From contig CAZSPX010000001.1 of assembly GCA_964608885.1 (NCBI GenBank), positions 21,343 through 61,028 of the forward strand: a stretch of DNA of 39,686 nt, given 5' to 3'. The position numbers were made by a program, and so were the translations under genes. This stretch comes from an uncultured Anaerolineaceae bacterium (GTDB taxonomy: Bacteria > Chloroflexota > Anaerolineae > Anaerolineales > Villigracilaceae). Under the pieces are notes generated by a model that was not told where the DNA came from, did not search any database, and worked only from the letters and a program-made list of their open reading frames with translations. This document shows, in pieces, positions 19,731-28,225 of the stretch. The number at the start of each line of letters is the position of its first letter. Positions within the stretch are counted from its first letter, which is position 1.

Positions 19731-20678
19731 ATGGCTGGTCAACGCAACAAGAATCAAGAAAATCCCATGCCTCTCCCGGATGAAGGATGGTGGGCGTCAG
19801 TGTTGGCGGAAGAAGGGCGCAATCTTCCACCGCCGCCCGCGCGCGTCCAAAAGCAGGAGCTGAAGGCCGAGGAAGCTCCCCGGCCATCCGCAGATTGGGC
19901 GCAGGTGAAGGACCTGTATTCACGCGACCAGATCGTGAACCTGCGCGTTACAGGGCATAACCGCGGCGGCCTGCTGGTGGAAGGCGAGGGCATGTTCGGC
20001 TTTGTGCCTTTTTCACACCTGATCGACCTGGCGGGGAAACCGGAAGTGGTAGACCGCGACAGCTCGCTGGAAACTTACCTGGGGCGCAACCTGAACCTTA
20101 AGGTGATAGAGTGCGTTCCGGAGGATGGCCGGATCGTTTTCTCGGAGCGTGCCGCCCTGGCCGAACCCGGGCAGCGGGCCCTGCTCTTCAATGCCATCCA
20201 GCCCGGGCAATGCATCACCGGGCAGGTGACCAATATCACCGATTTCGGCGTCTTCGTTGACCTGGGCGGTGTGGAAGGGTTGATCCACATCTCAGAACTC
20301 TCGTGGGGCCGGGTGATCCATCCCAACCAGATCGTTAAGCTGAACCAGAAGGTGGAGGTCATGGTGTTGGAGCTGGCACCCGAGCGCTGCCGGGTAGCTC
20401 TCAGCTTGAAGCGCCTGGCGCCCAACCCGTGGGAAAAAGCGGATACCCTTTTCGGGGTGGGTTCCGTCCTGCCTGCCGTAGTCACCAGCGTTGTCTCTTA
20501 TGGCGCATTTGCCCGCCTGGAGGCCGGTGTTGAAGGGTTGATCCATGCATCGGAGATCCCCCTGGAGCCTGGCCAGCCGGTCAAGGAAGCGCTGAGGGAA
20601 GGGCAGGCCGTGACCGTTCGCGTCCTGCACGTCGACGCACCCCAGCAGCGCATGGGCCTGAGCATGAAGATCGATTGA
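19731..20678 (+). CDS. S1 RNA-binding domain protein (three S1 repeats; ribosomal protein S1-like)
   Basis: 315 aa. Repeats: VTGHNRGGLLVEGEGMFGFVPFSHL; GQVTNITDFGVFVDLGGVEGLIHISELS; VVTSVVSYGAFARLEAGVEGLIHASEI. GGAAGGAG RBS. Confidence 0.85.
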   Translation: MAGQRNKNQENPMPLPDEGWWASVLAEEGRNLPPPPARVQKQELKAEEAPRPSADWAQVKDLYSRDQIVNLRVTGHNRGGLLVEGEGMFGFVPFSHLIDLAGKPEVVDRDSSLETYLGRNLNLKVIECVPEDGRIVFSERAALAEPGQRALLFNAIQPGQCITGQVTNITDFGVFVDLGGVEGLIHISELSWGRVIHPNQIVKLNQKVEVMVLELAPERCRVALSLKRLAPNPWEKADTLFGVGSVLPAVVTSVVSYGAFARLEAGVEGLIHASEIPLEPGQPVKEALREGQAVTVRVLHVDAPQQRMGLSMKID

Positions 20679-20681
20679 TCC

Positions 20682-22883
20682 ATGCCTGATCGCCAGCAGC
20701 AAACACCCCCCACGGTTCCGGGCGGATCAGCAGATCCAGATCTGTTGGACCGGCTGGTGCAGTTCAACCTTCATTTCGGACGGTTTGTCCGGGATGCGGT
20801 GGGGTTGTTTTTGCTGGTCCTTGCCCTGACATCCCTTTTGGCCATATGGAAGCTGACCGAAGGGGTATTCATTTCCATGTGGGCGCGCTTCCTATCCACT
20901 TCCTTTGGGTGGGGGAGCTACCTGATCATCGCGGCCGTAGCCTTCTTCGGGTTCGGCCTGCTCAAACGAAATCTTGGCTCCTGGAATATCGGCCGCCTGG
21001 TCTGGCTGGAAATCGCTGCCCTTTTGAGCCTTGGGCTGCTTTCCATTTTTGGTGGAAATTCGATCCAGCGCGCGGAGGCCGGAATGGACGGGGGCCAGAT
21101 CGGTTGGGGCCTGGCCCGGCTGGCCTGGCTGGCGGCCACGCCAACCGGAGGGACACTGATCCTGCTGGCCGGCTGGCTTTTGAGCATCATGGCAGGGCTC
21201 AACCTGTGGGCGCTCCTGGAAAAGGGCTTGTTAAGGCTATCAGGTGAAGCGCTCCCCCCGCCGATCATCGAACCGGCTGCCCCAAGTCAGCCCGAAGAAC
21301 CCGGGAAAAAAGCGGAAAAATCCCCACGTAAAAAGACAGCACCTCTGCCGCCTGAATTTCGGACCACCCTCCGGGCGCCCGAAAAAAAGCCGGAGAAACC
21401 GGCACAGGCTCCACCGCGCGATGAGATCCTGCCGCCCCTTCAGATCCTCATGGCTGAAAGCTCGGTACGCGCCGATGAGCGGACCATCAACCAGACCGCC
21501 GGCCTGATCATGAAGACACTATCCGAGTTCGGCATCCCGGCCACGGTCATTGGCTACCGGGTGGGACCGGCGGTGACGCAGTTTGCCATCCAACCGGGAT
21601 TTATCAAGAAGGGCTCGGACGAGGAAGACGCCCAGCAAATGAAGGTGCGCGTTGCGCAGATCGCTGCGCTGGAAAAGGATCTTGCCCTGGCGCTCTCTGC
21701 GGAACGCCTCCGCATCGAGACCCCTGTGCCAGGCAAGCCTTATGTAGGGATCGAAGTTCCCAATGCCCGTTCCTCTGTGGTACGGCTCCGCCCGCTCCTG
21801 GAAAGCGAGGCCTTCCATAAGATCAGCGGTCCGCTGGCGATCGCCCTGGGAAGGGATGTCTCGGGACAGCCCGTGGTCGCAGACCTGGCGCGCATGCCGC
21901 ACCTGTTGATCGCCGGAGCAACGGGATCGGGAAAATCGGTATGCATCACAGCCCTGGCAGCCTGCCTGGCCATGAACAATTCCCCTCAAGAACTGCGCAT
22001 GGTCATGATCGACTCGAAAATGGTCGAGCTGCTGCGTTTTAATGGGTTGGCGCACCTGTACGGGAAGGTGGAGACGAATGTTGAGCGCATCCTTGGTGTG
22101 CTGAGGTGGGTGGTGCGTGAAATGGAGCACCGTTATCGCCTGCTTGAGGCCAGCCACTCGCGCGATCTTGATTCGTACAATAAAAAACAGGCGCGCAAGG
22201 AGGCAGGCCAGGAGCTCCCCCGCATCGTGGTTCTGGTCGATGAACTGGCCGATCTCATGATGTCCGCCCCGGACCAGACCGAGCATAATCTGGTGCGCCT
22301 GGCACAGATGGCACGCGCTACGGGAATCCACCTGGTGGTTGCAACCCAGCGTCCCAGCACCGATGTAGTGACCGGGTTGATCAAGGCCAACTTCCCGGCC
22401 CGGCTGGCGTTCGCGGTCGCCTCCGGGATCGACAGCCGTGTCATCCTCGACGCGACCGGGGCAGAAAGCCTTCTAGGGCGCGGCGACCTGCTCTTCCTGA
22501 ACCCCGAGGTGGGGAACCCGGTACGCGCACAGGGCGCCTTGATCACAGATATGGAGATCGAGCGCATCATCGCACACTGGCAGAAATCCGAGCTGAAACC
22601 CTCCGAGGCGGATCCGCCCTGGGAAAAACTGCTGACCGAGCCGGAAGAAGATGAGGATGAGGGGCTGGTGGAGCAGGCTGTTTCGCTTGTCAAACAAACG
22701 CAGCGCGCCTCCGCTTCCCTGCTCCAGCGGCGGCTGCGCATAGGCTATCCGCGCGCTGCCCGTCTGTTGGATCAATTGGAGGAAATGGGGGTTGTAGGCT
22801 CCTCCCAGGGCGGCGGGCGTGAGCGGGATGTACTTGTAACCGAAGAGGACGAGGAGCCGGGCGAGGGGAACGGCTCGCGCTGA
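20682..22883 (+). CDS. ftsK: DNA translocase FtsK/SpoIIIE
   Basis: 733 aa. N-terminal TM helices, a Pro/Lys-rich linker, Walker A GATGSGKS, VVLVDELADLMM, and a gamma winged-helix (SASLLQRRLRIGYPRAARLLDQLEEMGVVG). Confidence 0.93.
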   Translation: MPDRQQQTPPTVPGGSADPDLLDRLVQFNLHFGRFVRDAVGLFLLVLALTSLLAIWKLTEGVFISMWARFLSTSFGWGSYLIIAAVAFFGFGLLKRNLGSWNIGRLVWLEIAALLSLGLLSIFGGNSIQRAEAGMDGGQIGWGLARLAWLAATPTGGTLILLAGWLLSIMAGLNLWALLEKGLLRLSGEALPPPIIEPAAPSQPEEPGKKAEKSPRKKTAPLPPEFRTTLRAPEKKPEKPAQAPPRDEILPPLQILMAESSVRADERTINQTAGLIMKTLSEFGIPATVIGYRVGPAVTQFAIQPGFIKKGSDEEDAQQMKVRVAQIAALEKDLALALSAERLRIETPVPGKPYVGIEVPNARSSVVRLRPLLESEAFHKISGPLAIALGRDVSGQPVVADLARMPHLLIAGATGSGKSVCITALAACLAMNNSPQELRMVMIDSKMVELLRFNGLAHLYGKVETNVERILGVLRWVVREMEHRYRLLEASHSRDLDSYNKKQARKEAGQELPRIVVLVDELADLMMSAPDQTEHNLVRLAQMARATGIHLVVATQRPSTDVVTGLIKANFPARLAFAVASGIDSRVILDATGAESLLGRGDLLFLNPEVGNPVRAQGALITDMEIERIIAHWQKSELKPSEADPPWEKLLTEPEEDEDEGLVEQAVSLVKQTQRASASLLQRRLRIGYPRAARLLDQLEEMGVVGSSQGGGRERDVLVTEEDEEPGEGNGSR

Positions 22884-22941
22884 GTCTCAGGCCCTTTTTC
22901 GGGTATCATTGGCGAATCTTGTGTGAAAGGATTCAGCTTCG

Positions 22942-23568
22942 GTGAAAAAAACCTTCACTGATTTTTTGCGCGTCACATTCAAATGGTTTCTTGATCCTGT
23001 CGGCGGCTTTTTAAACCGGATCGGCTTGACCCCCAATACAGTCACCTTGCTGGGCGTATTAGGCAACGTTATTGCAGCCTACTTTATTGCCACGGGGAGG
23101 ATCACGCTGGGCGGTTTGATCATGTTGATCGTCTGGCCGGTGGATGCACTGGATGGAACCATGGCGCGGCTGCGCGGCGAAGCCAGTGATTGGGGTGCTT
23201 TTGTGGACGCTGTAAGCGATCGTTATTCGGAGCTCATCCTGCTGGGAGGCCTGCTTTATTATTTCAGCCAGACCAACCAGCACCTGGCCGAGATCGCGAC
23301 ATTCGCTGCTGCCGCGGGATCGATTCTGGTCTCCTATGTCAAGGCGCGGGCAGAGGCCCAGAGCTTCAGCGCAAAGGAGGGGCTGCTGACGAGGGCAGAG
23401 CGATACCTGGTCCTAGGACCATCCCTGTTGTTCAATATTCCAGCGGTGGGTGTGTGGATCATCGCCATCCTGGCCAATATCACGGCCCTCCAACGGATCG
23501 CGGTGGTTCGCGCGCAGGCACACGGCGGCCGCGTAAAAACCTCAATAGTCGAGGAGAGCAAGCCATGA
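22942..23568 (+). CDS. CDP-alcohol phosphatidyltransferase family protein (possibly phosphatidylinositol-phosphate synthase-like)
   Basis: 208 aa with a GTG start. Signature DALDGTMARLRGEASDWGAFVDAVSDRYSE (D-x2-DG-x2-AR...G-x3-D-x3-D). Multi-TM. Confidence 0.85.
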   Translation: MKKTFTDFLRVTFKWFLDPVGGFLNRIGLTPNTVTLLGVLGNVIAAYFIATGRITLGGLIMLIVWPVDALDGTMARLRGEASDWGAFVDAVSDRYSELILLGGLLYYFSQTNQHLAEIATFAAAAGSILVSYVKARAEAQSFSAKEGLLTRAERYLVLGPSLLFNIPAVGVWIIAILANITALQRIAVVRAQAHGGRVKTSIVEESKP

Positions 23569-24455
23569 TTGACGGATTTCAGATCGGGCCCCTGTATGTG
23601 CGGTTTTACGGAATCATCCTCATGCTGGGCGCCCTGGCGGGCGGGTGGCTCGCAGCCCAGGAGGCCAAACGGCGAGACATGGATCCTGAGATCGTTTGGG
23701 ATCTGCTGATCTGGTTGATCGTGGGCGGTGTGATTGGGGCGCGCCTCTGGCATGTATTCACTCCCTCCCCCAGCGCGCTGGTGGTGGATCCCAATACCGG
23801 ACAGATGGTCAATCCGTATTTTGCCGGGGGAACCGTGCGTTTTCTTGATATCCTGTCCATTTGGAAGGGGGGATTGGGCATACCGGGCGCTGTGATCGGT
23901 GGGGTGGTGGCGCTCTATTTCTATGCCCGCAGGCACGGTCTGGATTTCCAGCAGTGGCTGGACATCGGCGCTCCCAGTGTGGCCCTTGGCCAGGCTATTG
24001 GCCGCTTCGGCAATCTTTTCAATCAGGAGCTGTACGGTGCGCCGACCACCTTGCCCTGGAAGCTCTATATCGATCCCGCCCATCGCTTGCCCGGCTTTGA
24101 GAACGTCGATTACTACCATCCCTTGTTCGCTTACGAGTCGATACTTAACTTTGCCAACATGCTTCTGCTCATATGGGTGACGCGAAATTATGAGATCAGC
24201 CGCAAAAAGGGCGATGTATTTTTGGTCTATCTGATCGCTTATCCCATGATTCGCTTTGGGCTGGAATTCCTTCGGCTGGACTCCTCCATGATCAGCGGTA
24301 TCAATATCAACCAGTATTTTATGGCGGTCATCGCTGTGCTTGCTGCGGCTGTGCTGATCTGGCGTCACCGCCCCGGACAAAGCCAGCCTCTCAGTGAGAT
24401 CGAGGATAACGAGGATATGGCGGATGATGCTGCCGGAGTTCCTCCGGCTGCCTGA
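23565..24455 (+). CDS. lgt: Prolipoprotein diacylglyceryl transferase
   Basis: Start is the ATG at 23565 (ATGA overlap with the preceding gene). MIDGFQIGPLYVRFYGIILMLGALAGGWL, IGARLWHV, GGLGIPGAVIGG, GRFGNLFNQELYG and HPLFAYES. Confidence 0.9.
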   Translation: MIDGFQIGPLYVRFYGIILMLGALAGGWLAAQEAKRRDMDPEIVWDLLIWLIVGGVIGARLWHVFTPSPSALVVDPNTGQMVNPYFAGGTVRFLDILSIWKGGLGIPGAVIGGVVALYFYARRHGLDFQQWLDIGAPSVALGQAIGRFGNLFNQELYGAPTTLPWKLYIDPAHRLPGFENVDYYHPLFAYESILNFANMLLLIWVTRNYEISRKKGDVFLVYLIAYPMIRFGLEFLRLDSSMISGININQYFMAVIAVLAAAVLIWRHRPGQSQPLSEIEDNEDMADDAAGVPPAA

Positions 24456-24472
24456 TCCCCGGGCTCGTCAAT

Positions 24473-25408
24473 ATGATCGAAACGTGTGAACTGGGAAAGC
24501 AATTCAATGATTTCTGGGCTGTGCAGGACCTGAGCCTGGAGGTCAAGCCCGGCCAGATCCTTGCGCTATTGGGACAGAACGGCGCTGGCAAGACCACCAC
24601 GGTCCGCATGCTGACCGCGCTCCTACGGCCTACGCGCGGCTGGGCCAGAGTGGCAGGCCATGATGTCGCCAGCCACGGGAATGCAGTCCGTGCCTCTGTG
24701 GGTGTGCTGACCGAGCAGCAGGGACTCTATGTGCGGATGAACGCCCGGGAATATCTCGAGTTTTTCGCACAGACCTATTCGATGAGCCTCCAGGCGCAGA
24801 AAAACCGGAGCAATTACCTGCTTCAATACTTTGGTTTATCCGAGGTGGCGGACCGGCGCATCGGCGAATACTCCAAGGGAATGAAACAGAAGCTGGCCCT
24901 GGCGCGGGCATTAATGCACGAGCCGCCGGTCCTGCTCCTGGATGAGCCGACCTCTGCCATGGACCCGGAATCGGCACGATTGGTACGGGACGAGATCGCA
25001 AATCTCCGCTCCTCGCGGCGCGCGATCATCATCTGCACGCACAATCTGGCTGAGGCGGAAGCACTTGCAGATATAGTGGTGATCATCTACCGGGGGCGCA
25101 TTTTGCTTCAGGGTTCGCTTCGAGAGCTTAAAGACCGGGTGCTGGGGCCTGTGGAGTATGCGGCCCAACTTTCGAGGCACTGGGATGCCGGCGGGCTTTT
25201 CGTCCCGCCCGGTGTGGTCCTGGAGCAGATTGAACCGGACAGCCTCCGTTTTCGGATTGATGAGCCGAGCCTATCGAATCCACTCGTATTGGAAGCGCTT
25301 TCCAATGCCCATGCGCCGCTCCTGACCTTTCAAGAGATCCCGCGCAGCCTTGAGCAGGTGTATCTGAAGGTAATGGCCGAAGTCCAGGGAGGCGGGTATG
25401 CAATCTAG
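24473..25408 (+). CDS. ABC transporter ATP-binding protein (NatA/ABC-2 type)
   Basis: 311 aa. Walker A GQNGAGKTT, signature YSKGMKQKLALA, Walker B LLLDEPTSAMD. Confidence 0.92.
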   Translation: MIETCELGKQFNDFWAVQDLSLEVKPGQILALLGQNGAGKTTTVRMLTALLRPTRGWARVAGHDVASHGNAVRASVGVLTEQQGLYVRMNAREYLEFFAQTYSMSLQAQKNRSNYLLQYFGLSEVADRRIGEYSKGMKQKLALARALMHEPPVLLLDEPTSAMDPESARLVRDEIANLRSSRRAIIICTHNLAEAEALADIVVIIYRGRILLQGSLRELKDRVLGPVEYAAQLSRHWDAGGLFVPPGVVLEQIEPDSLRFRIDEPSLSNPLVLEALSNAHAPLLTFQEIPRSLEQVYLKVMAEVQGGGYAI

Positions 25409-26828
25409 CCTTTATCCCGTCTGGCTGGTGGCCCGTCGTGAGCTGCGTGATCAGTTCCGGGATTGGCGGGTCCTGTTCCCACTGGCGGTCCTGACCTTGG
25501 GTTTTCCCTTCCTGATGAATGCGGTCGCCCATGAGACCGTGTCCTTTGTCCAGCGCTATGGAGCGGACCTGGTGATCGACAGCCTGGTTCCGTTCAGTAT
25601 TTTGATCATCGGATTCTTCCCCAATACGATCTCCCTGGTGGTTGCACTGGAGTCATTTGTGGGCGAGAAGGAGCGGGGCACAATCGAGCCGCTCCTCAGC
25701 CTGCCTCTCGCGGATTCGCAGATCTACCTGGGTAAATTCCTGGTAGGGATGCTGACACCTCTTTCTGCAAGCTACATTGCCATCACTCTTTACCTTCTCA
25801 TGGTACGGAGGCTGGATATCACCCTCCCGCAGAGCTCGATCATAGTCCAGCTTTTCGTCTTGACGGCTGCGCATACGGTCTTGATGGTCAGCGGAGCCAT
25901 CATTATTTCGGTCCAATCCACCTCTGTGAAGGCCGCCAACCTGCTTGCCTCCTTTGTGATTCTGCCTGTGGCCTTCCTGCTGCAGGGGGAAAGCGTCCTT
26001 TTATTCTGGGGGAACGGGAAAGTGCTCTGGCTGGCTGTGATAGGCGTTGTCATCCTGGCGGCCCTTCTCATCCGTGTGGGCATCGCTCACTTCCAGCGTG
26101 AGTATCTGCTCGGGCGTGAAATCGATGTGCTCAACCTGCGATGGATGTGGAAGCGTTTTTGGGCCGCTTTCCTCGAGCAGTCGAAGTCGCCGCTGGACTG
26201 GTATCGCCGAGCTGTCATCCCTGCCTTCTGGCGTCTCAGGCAGCCATTGCTCATCATTTTCTTGATCGGGATCCTGGGGGCCTGGTTGGGTTATTCGCAG
26301 ATGGCCCAGAACGCTCCGCAGTGGTTCGCCAGCGATTCTTCGAACCGGTTGTCACAGATAGCCAACCGGATTGGAGATATCCCCCGGCTTGCCCAGATGG
26401 GGACAAACCTGACCGTGCCCTTGCTATTATTTAATAACCTGCGGGCCACCTCCCTCATGTACGTTGTGGGATTGGTCTCCTTCGGAGTATTGGGCCTCGT
26501 ATTCTATTTGATCAATGTGGGCCTGATAGGCGCGGTGGTCAGCCTGTTTGCTTTTGTGGGGATGTCGCCGGTTCTTGTGTTCACGGCCGGACTTCTTCCG
26601 CATGGTCTGTTTGAAATTCCGGCGCTGATGTTGAGCGCGGCAGCGGTACTGCGCATGAGCGGTGCGCTTGTCACGCCGCAAGCGGGGCGATCGCTGGGGG
26701 AAGTAGTGATCGACCTGATCGCCGATTGGGCGCGGATCTTCGTGGGCCTGGTTGTCCCGCTCCTGTGCGTGGCGGCGGTTGTCGAAACTTATCTTACTCC
26801 GCTCATCATTTTGGCTGTTTTAAAGTAG
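25398..26828 (+). CDS. ABC-2 (NatB-like) permease fused to a SpoIIM/DUF95-like membrane domain
   Basis: 476 aa. The N-terminal half has GEKERGTIEPLLSLPL and 6 hydrophobic helices. The C-terminal half has LLFNNLRATSL...INVGLIGAVV...LLPHGLFEIPALMLSAAAVL, the SpoIIM-family PHG-x-x-E pattern. It overlaps the ATPase gene by 11 nt and has a GGGAGG RBS. Confidence 0.75.
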   Translation: MQSSLYPVWLVARRELRDQFRDWRVLFPLAVLTLGFPFLMNAVAHETVSFVQRYGADLVIDSLVPFSILIIGFFPNTISLVVALESFVGEKERGTIEPLLSLPLADSQIYLGKFLVGMLTPLSASYIAITLYLLMVRRLDITLPQSSIIVQLFVLTAAHTVLMVSGAIIISVQSTSVKAANLLASFVILPVAFLLQGESVLLFWGNGKVLWLAVIGVVILAALLIRVGIAHFQREYLLGREIDVLNLRWMWKRFWAAFLEQSKSPLDWYRRAVIPAFWRLRQPLLIIFLIGILGAWLGYSQMAQNAPQWFASDSSNRLSQIANRIGDIPRLAQMGTNLTVPLLLFNNLRATSLMYVVGLVSFGVLGLVFYLINVGLIGAVVSLFAFVGMSPVLVFTAGLLPHGLFEIPALMLSAAAVLRMSGALVTPQAGRSLGEVVIDLIADWARIFVGLVVPLLCVAAVVETYLTPLIILAVLK

Positions 26829-26834
26829 GTCATC

Positions 26835-27590
26835 ATGTCCAGAATTGTCATCCTTGGATCCTCCAATGCAACGTCCACACCGAACCATGAAAATACACAC
26901 ATGGTGATCGTCGGATCGCAGAGGACCGCACTGGTGGACTGCGTTGGAAACCCCCTTCTGCGTTTGGAGCAGGCAGGCGTTGACTTCCGACAGCTTACCG
27001 ATGTCATCATTACACACTTCCACCCCGACCACGTCTCAGGGCTGCCGCTGCTGCTGATGGATATGTGGCTGCAGGGGCGGACCACTGCATTGAACGTGTA
27101 CGGCCTGCACTACACCCTCGACCGGGTGGAACAAATGATGGGTCTATATTCCTGGTCGGAGTGGCCGGATTTCTACCCGGTTGCGTTTCACCGGATCCCG
27201 CTGGTGGAAAAAGCTTTTGTCCTGGATTGTCCGGATTTCAGGGCGCTGGCTTCACCGGTACGGCATTTCATCCCCAATATCGGCGTGCGCTTTGATTTTC
27301 ATAACACAGGAAAGTCACTGGCCTACTCGTGCGATACCGAGCCTTGTGAAGAGGTGGTACGGTTGGCCCAGGGCGCCAGTGTTCTTATCCATGAGGCCAC
27401 AGGCGAGCAAATGGGCCATTCCTCGGCTGCCCAGGCCGCAGAGGTTGCGTCCCAGGCGAAGGCGGAGACGCTCTGCCTGATCCATTATCCAACCGGGCGC
27501 TTTGCCAAAGGGGAGCCTGTCGCCGAGGCCGCGGAGCGGTTTCAGGGAAAGATCACCCTGGCGAAGGATTTCATGGAGCTTGAGCTCTGA
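26835..27590 (+). CDS. MBL-fold metallo-hydrolase (RNase Z/ElaC-like)
   Basis: 251 aa. ITHFHPDHVSGL (HxHxDH), a downstream LIHEATG, and CLIHY. Confidence 0.85.
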   Translation: MSRIVILGSSNATSTPNHENTHMVIVGSQRTALVDCVGNPLLRLEQAGVDFRQLTDVIITHFHPDHVSGLPLLLMDMWLQGRTTALNVYGLHYTLDRVEQMMGLYSWSEWPDFYPVAFHRIPLVEKAFVLDCPDFRALASPVRHFIPNIGVRFDFHNTGKSLAYSCDTEPCEEVVRLAQGASVLIHEATGEQMGHSSAAQAAEVASQAKAETLCLIHYPTGRFAKGEPVAEAAERFQGKITLAKDFMELEL

Positions 27591-27615
27591 GCCTATCCCG
27601 GGCTCCGACCAGATA

Positions 27616-27646
27616 AGAAAACTCCCTCAGGAACAGGGAGATTCTT
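27616..27646. terminator. Bidirectional terminator candidate between the convergent MBL and HNH genes
   Basis: CTCCCT (27622-27627) pairs with AGGGAG (27635-27640) across a 7-nt loop. On the minus strand it is followed by TTTTCTTATC, on the plus strand by ATTCTTC. Confidence 0.4.
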
Positions 27647-28150
27647 CTACCAGCCCGTGATATAGGGCTCCCATTCGTTGTATTCGATCAGATGTCTTCC
27701 ATACAGGTAGACTGCGCTGGCAGGCGGCTCCTTCGGCAGGCGCAGCAGGTTCATATGGATCTCATCCAGGTTGCGGCTGCCTTTCCGGTGATTACAGGAA
27801 GGACAGGCGGCAACAACATTTGTCCAGACATGCTCCCCACCCTGATGGCGGGGTTTGACATGATCGACCGTCAGGCTGCCATCCTTCCGCCCACAATACT
27901 GGCAGGTATAATTGTCACGCCGGAAGACCTCCCGACGGGTCAGCTTGACCCGTGGACGGGGACGGTGGATCTGCTCCTCCAGCCGGATGATCGAGGGACG
28001 AGGCAAAAGCTCGGAAACGGTGTGGATGTGGCCGCGTCCATTCACGACCATGTCAGCCTTGCCTGAAAGAAGCAGACTGATGGCCCGCCGTGTAGAACAG
28101 ACATTGATCGGCTCAAAATTGGCGTTGAGCACTAAAACTGGCTCATTCAT
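27647..28150 (-). CDS. HNH endonuclease (small, stand-alone)
   Basis: 167 aa from the ATG at 28150 (MNEPVLVLNANFEPINV...). YTCQYCGRKDGSLTVDHVKPRHQGGEHVWTNVVAACPSCNHRKG has CxxC...H...N...CxxC...H. The 196-codon upstream extension in the track ORF is antisense to the epimerase gene and was discarded. Confidence 0.88.
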   Translation of the reverse strand: MNEPVLVLNANFEPINVCSTRRAISLLLSGKADMVVNGRGHIHTVSELLPRPSIIRLEEQIHRPRPRVKLTRREVFRRDNYTCQYCGRKDGSLTVDHVKPRHQGGEHVWTNVVAACPSCNHRKGSRNLDEIHMNLLRLPKEPPASAVYLYGRHLIEYNEWEPYITGW

Positions 28151-28225
28151 GGAGCCTCTATAATAGGCACGATTATACTGCTTTTCAGCAGCCTGCATGA
28201 CGACACCACACTGGAGAAAATTGGT

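Noticed and set aside
26835-28150. The MBL hydrolase plus HNH nuclease as a two-gene nuclease or defence module.
   Set aside because: The genes are convergent, so not co-transcribed, and are separated by a terminator-like hairpin. The MBL gene is coupled to the upstream ABC genes instead. No other defence-associated domains lie nearby.
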